A stretch of DNA of 64,000 nt from a virus: positions 15,088 through 79,087 of the IMG/VR virus record IMGVR_UViG_3300044734_000006; one strand, given 5' to 3'. The translations under genes and the position numbers were made by a program. Positions 59,301-64,000 of the stretch are shown one piece after another; the stretch's first letter is position 1, and each line of letters opens with the position of its first letter. The notes beneath the pieces were generated by a model that worked only from the letters and a program-made list of their open reading frames with translations, did no database searches and was not told the origin of the DNA.

Positions 59301-59821
59301 CTGGCGGCACCCTCACCGCAGCGGGGACAGGACCGCTCATGGGTGGCGTCGGCGGGATCGGTGGAGCCTCGACAGGAGCAGCTGGTGCTGCGGGCGCGAA
59401 CACGAATGCCGCGGCGCAAAACCTGCTCAACGCCCGCACGGTCCACACCGCTACGACGGGCTGCGCCATGGGGTCGTTCGGCGCCTTCCAGAAGGTGCTG
59501 TACGTCCAGCCCGGTCAGGGTGGTGGTGGCGGCGGCGGCGGCGCGGCGGTCGGTGGTGGTGGTGGCGCTGGAGGCGGCATCGTCCTGCTCGCCTTCGCGA
59601 CCATCAACTTCCTCGGACCCATCCTCGCGAACGGCGGCAACGGCGGCAACAGCACGGGTGGGGCGGGCGGAGGCGGTGGCGGCGGCGGGGCGATCTACCT
59701 CACCTGCGCCAACCTAGGACTGCTTGGCCCGGTCACGGCCGCAGGCGGGTTCCCTGGCACCGGCACGGCGGGCGCACCGGCCTCGGGTGGAGCGGGCAGC
59801 GTCATCATCACCCGCGTCTGA
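56375..59821 (+). CDS. Large fibre/spike protein with interrupted SGNH domain and Gly-rich C-terminus
   Basis: FIGDSIHEG...DLVVIEFGIVD...DTIHPND; FGDGSDG followed by Gly-rich repeats. Confidence 0.82.
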   Translation: MITLAATNTIQGSAGTATAVTYTITGMTLSSLNAETYAVLAQGQLATSAAALYTVPASTSALVKEILLANVTAAAVSVKLFINGTAAANQITSLNIPANGEAKFDHTGWGVYDSNGSLLTTTLYAVPAAGSFPEASVANLGMDLTVLTAAIADNGVDSGCAVTWVSGLNVAIAAGIVRIGGGRYNIAAVASQALNTADPNYARWDMITANTSSAVVYTAGTAAAYPVVPAIPANSVVLAIIPVYAGNNPALSGAAIVDKRIILPSTNLNLPPVFDPSGGLKTWRAAVANKENKPADILFIGDSIHEGYYSSDDAHRYASLVRRRLQNYYNPTHIPGGEGFIPGTHVQGSGAGNGYIALAQRWTVVGPTLPPTDLGYGLGRRSVPLTAATHTATIGGLLADRFWIYYTATTTSGWIGIAIDGKLTTVATQGVLSGTGTGTFTTTLATGWPGGTFTLTVDDEDMTVTANGATITITARGANATTAVTHAVGATAQWAPAGVKRANTLGAAIKGGRMWDSGALTRGIHSVTVVPINRAGGGSTYNVNLDGVMVFDGDGGPGPGTFTDGVLVGTTTTGVQTLPISTINVTSTTNFPASGQVNIVTSSGAQTVTYAGVTANTLTGCSNGVGNTSAGGAVTSQTFQSATAAFTAADVGQYIYAVGIPVHTTITAVVSATQITLLQPGTITSSGITFEINGRSAGVRMWDGAHSTMTSAGMAGPAGAINGWWADALDTVDPDLVVIEFGIVDLILAVTGATYYANLTSMVSLIKSKCPGNPSICFFVAWQPGDYTAAQWAVFTNAMYLVAQQNGCAVFDFSLRVSAAAASGSGSVMFTDTIHPNDAGAQDIALEFTKYLVGHELVQPIKSPWFGDGSDGAVVFDGTTTILGMAPSSSVYTLTRDLFVTNMQVNNGVTIKTAGFRIYGTGTLMTPIQAVASTGIIDCSGGNAAGQTAGAATANQSLSGSVGGGAGGAIGGAGVAGGTLTAAGTGPLMGGVGGIGGASTGAAGAAGANTNAAAQNLLNARTVHTATTGCAMGSFGAFQKVLYVQPGQGGGGGGGGAAVGGGGGAGGGIVLLAFATINFLGPILANGGNGGNSTGGAGGGGGGGGAIYLTCANLGLLGPVTAAGGFPGTGTAGAPASGGAGSVIITRV

Positions 59822-59828
59822 CCCGACC

Positions 59829-62591
59829 ATGAGCTACGGCGGGGATCGCTTCGGCGTCGTCCGCTACGCGGGGCAGTCCACAACGGGTGCGGTCCTGCCC
59901 ATCTCTGCGGTGGGTGCGTCCTCGAGCACGGGCACCGCCAGCCTGACGCTCGTCATGCCGGTGTTGGCAGTGGGTGCATCTGCATCTACTGGCACGGCGA
60001 CAGCAACGGTCACGTACGGGATCACGGCGTCCGGTTCTGCCTCGACCACCGGCGCAGTGACCGCTGCGTTGACCATGCCGGTTGCGGCCATAGGATCTGC
60101 TGCGAGTTCGGGCACGGGTTCGGTCGCGCAGGTCATTGCTGTCGCTGCGACCGGCGCGTCGGTGGCCTCAGGGACGGGCGCATCGACCCTGACTCTGCTG
60201 GTCTCGGCCTCGGGATCGAGTACAGCGGTCGGAACCGTCAGCGGCGCTCTGGCCCTGTCTGCGATGGCGACGGGTGGCAGTGCGGCTGCTGGCGCTGCAT
60301 CCGTGGGACTCTCGCAGCCTGTGACGGCAGCAGGGGCGTCAGTCAGCACGGGAGGCGGGTCAACCGCTCTCGTCATGCCGGTCACCGGGACCGGTGGTTC
60401 GGTGGCTGGCGGGTCCGCGGCAGTCGTTCTATCGATGGCGGCCACGTCCTCTGGCCAGTCTGCCGCATCCGGATCGGCCGTGGTGGTCACAACGCTAGCG
60501 GTGAGCAGCGCAGGGACGTCTACGGCTGGTGGCGTGGCGACGATCACGCTACGCATGCCGATATCAGCGTCGGGGTCCGCGGTGAGTTCCGGTGCGGGAT
60601 CCGCTGTGCTGACGGTACCGGTCAGCGCAACGGGGAGTGCAGCGACCTCTGGCATATCAGCGGTCAGCCTGTCGCTGGCGGTGCTGGCCTCCGGTGCGGC
60701 TGTGGCCTCTGGCGGCGCTGTGGCAGTCCTGATTCTCGCCGTGAGCACCGCGGGTACTGCGTTGTCGGCAGGGACGTCAGCGGTGACGCTCAGCACGCCC
60801 GTCTCGACTGTGGGCGCGTCAACCTCGGTGGGTGGTGCGGCGGTCGTGCTGCTCCTGCCAGTATCGGCGGCGGCGTCATCGACAGCAACCGGCGCGGCGA
60901 CCGTCAGCCTCCGCGCACCGATCACGGCTGTCGGGCTGTCCACATCAGCAGGGGGCGGCACTGTCCTCCTGGTCATGCCGACGTCGGGAGCGGGAAACGC
61001 GGTCGCGGCAGGGACGGCGACCGTTGGGCTGCTGCTGCTGATCTCCTCATCCGGAGCGTCGGTGAGCATCGGTACGTCATCCGTCCTGCTCGCCCAGCCG
61101 GTCTCCACCACTGGTTCAGCAGTGGCGTCCGGGGCGGCGTCGGTGACCCTCGTCATGCCTGCCGCTGCGCTCGGCACGTCCTCTGCGGCCGGCTCTGCGG
61201 CCATCGTGTCGGTCGTCGTCGTGTCCACAGCGGGGTCGGCGTTGGCTGCAGGCGCGGCGAGTGTGGCTCTGCGTATCCCGGTCACCGCAGCAGGGTCGGC
61301 GGTGTGTTCGGGCGTCTCGTCTGCCGTTCTGATCCTGCCGACCATCGCTACGGGTGGTTCTGCTGTGGGCGGAACGGCGGCGGTCATTCTGCGCGTGCCG
61401 ATCACCGGTTCGGGTGCAGCGGCGTCGTCCGGTGGGGCTGTCGTCGTACTGACTCTCGCCATCACCGCGACAGGAACGACCGTGGCCAGCGGTGGAGCGT
61501 CGGTGGTGCTCGTCCTGCCGGTTACCGCGACCGGTGCGTCTACGTCAGCAGGGACGGGCTCTGTCCTGTCTGGCGTCCCCATCAGCGCGGTCGGGGCAGC
61601 GGTCGGTGTCGGGTCGGCCTCTGTGGCACTGCTGCTGGCGGCCTCTGGGGGAGGCGCGTCGACGTCCGCGGGATCAGCGAGCGTTGTCTTGATCCTCGCC
61701 CTTGGCGCTACGGGTGTGAGCGTCGCGGCAGGGACGGCGGACGTCAACACGGGAGCACTCCGAGCCGCAGGGACATCCGTGGCCTCGGGGACGTCGGTCG
61801 TCGCCCTCCTGCTGCTGATCGCTGCCGGCGGGGCAGTGGTGTCGGCCGGAACTGGTGTCGTCGGTCTGACCATGCTGTCCGGCGCCTCTGGTGCGGCGTC
61901 GACTTCCGGGAACGCTGCGGTGGCGCTGGGCCTTGCGGTGGTCGGCGTGGGAGTATCGGTCTCGAGCGGAACTGCGGCGATCGTCGTACTCACGCCCCTG
62001 CCCGTGTCGGCGTCAGGGTCGACCGTGGCATCCGGTCTGGCGGCGGTCGGGCTCCTGCTCCCCATGTCGGCGCTGGGTTCGTCGTCTGCGGTCGGCTCGG
62101 CTCTGGGCGGTATCCCCGCGGTGGTGGCTGCGGGCGGCACATCGACCGCCGTGGGCGCTGCAACGGTCGTGCTGTGGCTCGGCGTCGGCTCAACGGGTGC
62201 GGCAGCGGGGAGCGGCACTGCGTCGGTCCGGCTGTCCGTGCCGATCATCGGTGTGGGGGCGGCTGTCTGCGCTGGCAGCGTCGCAGTGGAGGGAGACGGC
62301 GGCCTGATCGGCGTCGGCGTGGCGATCAGCTCCGGGTCGGCCACGCTCGTCCTCGTCTACCCCGTGCTCCGGTTCCTCGCCATGGGGATTAGCCTCACGC
62401 CCGTCGTGACCGGGGCAGGCGTCAGCGGAGGAGCGTCGGGCGGTGCGGTTGCTGCGGGGTCGTATGGCTTGGCGCGGAGCGGGGATGCTCGGGGCCTAAC
62501 GGTCGGCGCTGGCGCTACGGGCTCGGCTGTTGGCGGTGACGCTGCTGGGATGGTCAAGACGCCCGCCGTGGCAGGCTCCGTCCTACCGTGA
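59829..62591 (+). CDS. Fibre-like virion protein of about 40 20-aa repeats
   Basis: PISAVGASSSTGTASLTLVM-type unit throughout. Confidence 0.8.
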   Translation: MSYGGDRFGVVRYAGQSTTGAVLPISAVGASSSTGTASLTLVMPVLAVGASASTGTATATVTYGITASGSASTTGAVTAALTMPVAAIGSAASSGTGSVAQVIAVAATGASVASGTGASTLTLLVSASGSSTAVGTVSGALALSAMATGGSAAAGAASVGLSQPVTAAGASVSTGGGSTALVMPVTGTGGSVAGGSAAVVLSMAATSSGQSAASGSAVVVTTLAVSSAGTSTAGGVATITLRMPISASGSAVSSGAGSAVLTVPVSATGSAATSGISAVSLSLAVLASGAAVASGGAVAVLILAVSTAGTALSAGTSAVTLSTPVSTVGASTSVGGAAVVLLLPVSAAASSTATGAATVSLRAPITAVGLSTSAGGGTVLLVMPTSGAGNAVAAGTATVGLLLLISSSGASVSIGTSSVLLAQPVSTTGSAVASGAASVTLVMPAAALGTSSAAGSAAIVSVVVVSTAGSALAAGAASVALRIPVTAAGSAVCSGVSSAVLILPTIATGGSAVGGTAAVILRVPITGSGAAASSGGAVVVLTLAITATGTTVASGGASVVLVLPVTATGASTSAGTGSVLSGVPISAVGAAVGVGSASVALLLAASGGGASTSAGSASVVLILALGATGVSVAAGTADVNTGALRAAGTSVASGTSVVALLLLIAAGGAVVSAGTGVVGLTMLSGASGAASTSGNAAVALGLAVVGVGVSVSSGTAAIVVLTPLPVSASGSTVASGLAAVGLLLPMSALGSSSAVGSALGGIPAVVAAGGTSTAVGAATVVLWLGVGSTGAAAGSGTASVRLSVPIIGVGAAVCAGSVAVEGDGGLIGVGVAISSGSATLVLVYPVLRFLAMGISLTPVVTGAGVSGGASGGAVAAGSYGLARSGDARGLTVGAGATGSAVGGDAAGMVKTPAVAGSVLP

Positions 62592-62618
62592 TGAATCTGA
62601 GCGGCGTGGGCTACTAGC

Positions 62619-63485
62619 TTGGCTGCCTTTTTGCTCGGCAAAGCCGTAGTTTTGCAGAGCGTCTTCAAAGACCTGGTTACCGGCCAGCCAACAGACCCTC
62701 CCGGCGTCGCCTTCTCTATGGTTGACCCGCTCAGCGCAGTCACCTCAGCGACGTGGACCGGACCGGCGCCGGGTACATTCGCTGGCGCATCTGGCCTCTC
62801 ACGACTGTCGGTGGGTTCGTTCCAATTCGTCACGATTCCTGGCTACGCAGGCTCGCCATGGAGATGGTCGCTCCTCTCTACTGGCACAGCAACGCCCACC
62901 GAGTACGCTGCGCAGTTTTCGGTCATCAGCACTGCCTCATACCCCTACCCGTACGGCTACTGTGACTTTGTCGACGTGCGCAACCGGATCGTCGGGGGAA
63001 CATGGGACGAGACCGCCGCGGACAGTTCGATCATCCAGACGCAGGTAGCGGCGTTTATCGAGGAGGCCACCGCCGAGATCGACATGGCGCTGGCCAAGAG
63101 GGGATATTCGGTCCCGCTCGTTCCCCAAGTCAACATGCAGATCAGCGCGACCGTGTGGAACCACCTGCGTGGGATCTGCGGCATGCTTGCTGCTGGTAGG
63201 GTGGAACTCGCCCGCCACGGGTCGGGGGAAGCCGAGGTGGACAACGTCGGCAAGTCGCTCATCGCCATCGCCCGTGCGCAGTTGCAGCGCATCGAGACCG
63301 GCGCCGACAACCTGACCATCTTCGGCGTGGCCGGCCTGTCTGAGCCGCAGGTGGATTCGGGCGCGGGGATGAGCGAGGGAACGCTGGTCGGCCTGAACGG
63401 CAACGCCTACCCGCCCCTGTTCACGATCAGCGGCGATGTGCCCACGGTCGGCGTTCCCATCCCAGGCGGCGTGCAACCGTGGTGA
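62619..63485 (+). CDS. Head-tail connector (Mu gp36-like) with N-terminal beta-domain
   Basis: YCDFVDV..IEEATAEIDMALAKRGYSVPL..ARAQLQRIETG. Confidence 0.75.
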   Translation: MAAFLLGKAVVLQSVFKDLVTGQPTDPPGVAFSMVDPLSAVTSATWTGPAPGTFAGASGLSRLSVGSFQFVTIPGYAGSPWRWSLLSTGTATPTEYAAQFSVISTASYPYPYGYCDFVDVRNRIVGGTWDETAADSSIIQTQVAAFIEEATAEIDMALAKRGYSVPLVPQVNMQISATVWNHLRGICGMLAAGRVELARHGSGEAEVDNVGKSLIAIARAQLQRIETGADNLTIFGVAGLSEPQVDSGAGMSEGTLVGLNGNAYPPLFTISGDVPTVGVPIPGGVQPW

Positions 63486-64000
63486 TGCCGCCTCCGTCCA
63501 TCTCCGTCAGCATCGTCGGTGCCCGCGCGCTGTCGGGCCGGTTCGCCTCGATGCGCGATACGGGATTGCAAGCAATCCTCACCGAGCGCGCCGACGCCAT
63601 GGGGCAGGCCATCGTCCAGATCTACGCGAACCACGCCCCACGGTCGCCCGAAGGCGCCACCGCTCCCGCAGATGCCCGTACGCATTCCGCTCACTTCGCG
63701 GACAGTTTTTTCGCCACCACAACGGCACGGGCCGAGGGGTTCGAGGTCATGGTGGACACGTCCGAGCCTGATATCGAGGAGTTCATCCGGTTCGGCCACG
63801 GGGACATCTACCCAGTCAACGCCAACGTGCTGCGGTGGATCGACTACGCCTCTGGGAAGCCGGTCTTCGCCATGCATGTCAGGCCGGTGGCGCCGAACCC
63901 ATGGCAGGAGGAGGCGCAGGCCGAGGTGGACGCCGTGGTGGCCTTCGAGGGGCCGCGGATCGGGGTGGCGGTGAGTACGGCGCTCGGCGGGAAGCTTTGG
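63485..64000 (+). CDS. Neck/tail-completion protein (HK97 gp10-like), partial
   Basis: Open to the window end; IYPVNANVLRW..GKPVFAMHV..PNP. Confidence 0.65.
   Translation, partial: MPPPSISVSIVGARALSGRFASMRDTGLQAILTERADAMGQAIVQIYANHAPRSPEGATAPADARTHSAHFADSFFATTTARAEGFEVMVDTSEPDIEEFIRFGHGDIYPVNANVLRWIDYASGKPVFAMHVRPVAPNPWQEEAQAEVDAVVAFEGPRIGVAVSTALGGKLW

Noticed and set aside
59864-62344. 826-aa minus-strand ORF, and 53233-54186
   Set aside because: Stop-free mirror of the GC-rich repeat fibre genes.
1-64000. tRNA, rRNA, tmRNA, reverse transcriptase or DGR
   Set aside because: No cloverleaf or RT motif found by eye; tRNAscan and cmscan are needed to exclude them formally.

Overview
High-GC (roughly 65-70% by eye) fragment of a large tailed dsDNA phage or prophage with an HK97-type head; both ends are truncated. 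No integrase, polymerase, lysis genes, tRNA, rRNA or CRISPR array was seen. The host cannot be fixed from sequence alone; it looks Actinomycetota- or Chloroflexota-like. The left part (1-22 kb) holds early/accessory operons: a giant ORF missed by the ORF track (>1200 aa, minus strand, running off the left edge) containing an apparently non-splicing intein, a run of micro membrane proteins, an HNH-tandem-RHH fusion, an MT-A70 methylase, a bL12-CTD fusion, DUF262 and two FtsK-family ATPases. The right part (22-64 kb) holds ParB, TerS, a split large terminase, portal, minor head protein, a glycosylation cassette, an accessory block with a stand-alone ZAS anti-sigma, protease/scaffold, decoration and major capsid proteins, about 11 kb of 20-aa-repeat and SGNH fibre genes, and neck genes. 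The most striking signal is in the early rightward operon (13.4-15.5 kb): a type-III hammerhead and a type-P5 twister ribozyme candidate lie 0.4 kb apart. Each closing stem masks the Shine-Dalgarno of the next gene, and the twister cuts inside the stop codon of a 26-aa leader ORF. Other signals are a dispersed GTATCCA-based motif mostly at gene ends, a shared operator family, many leaderless sigma70-type promoters and several structured ncRNA candidates. All family names come from motif recognition by eye, not from database searches.
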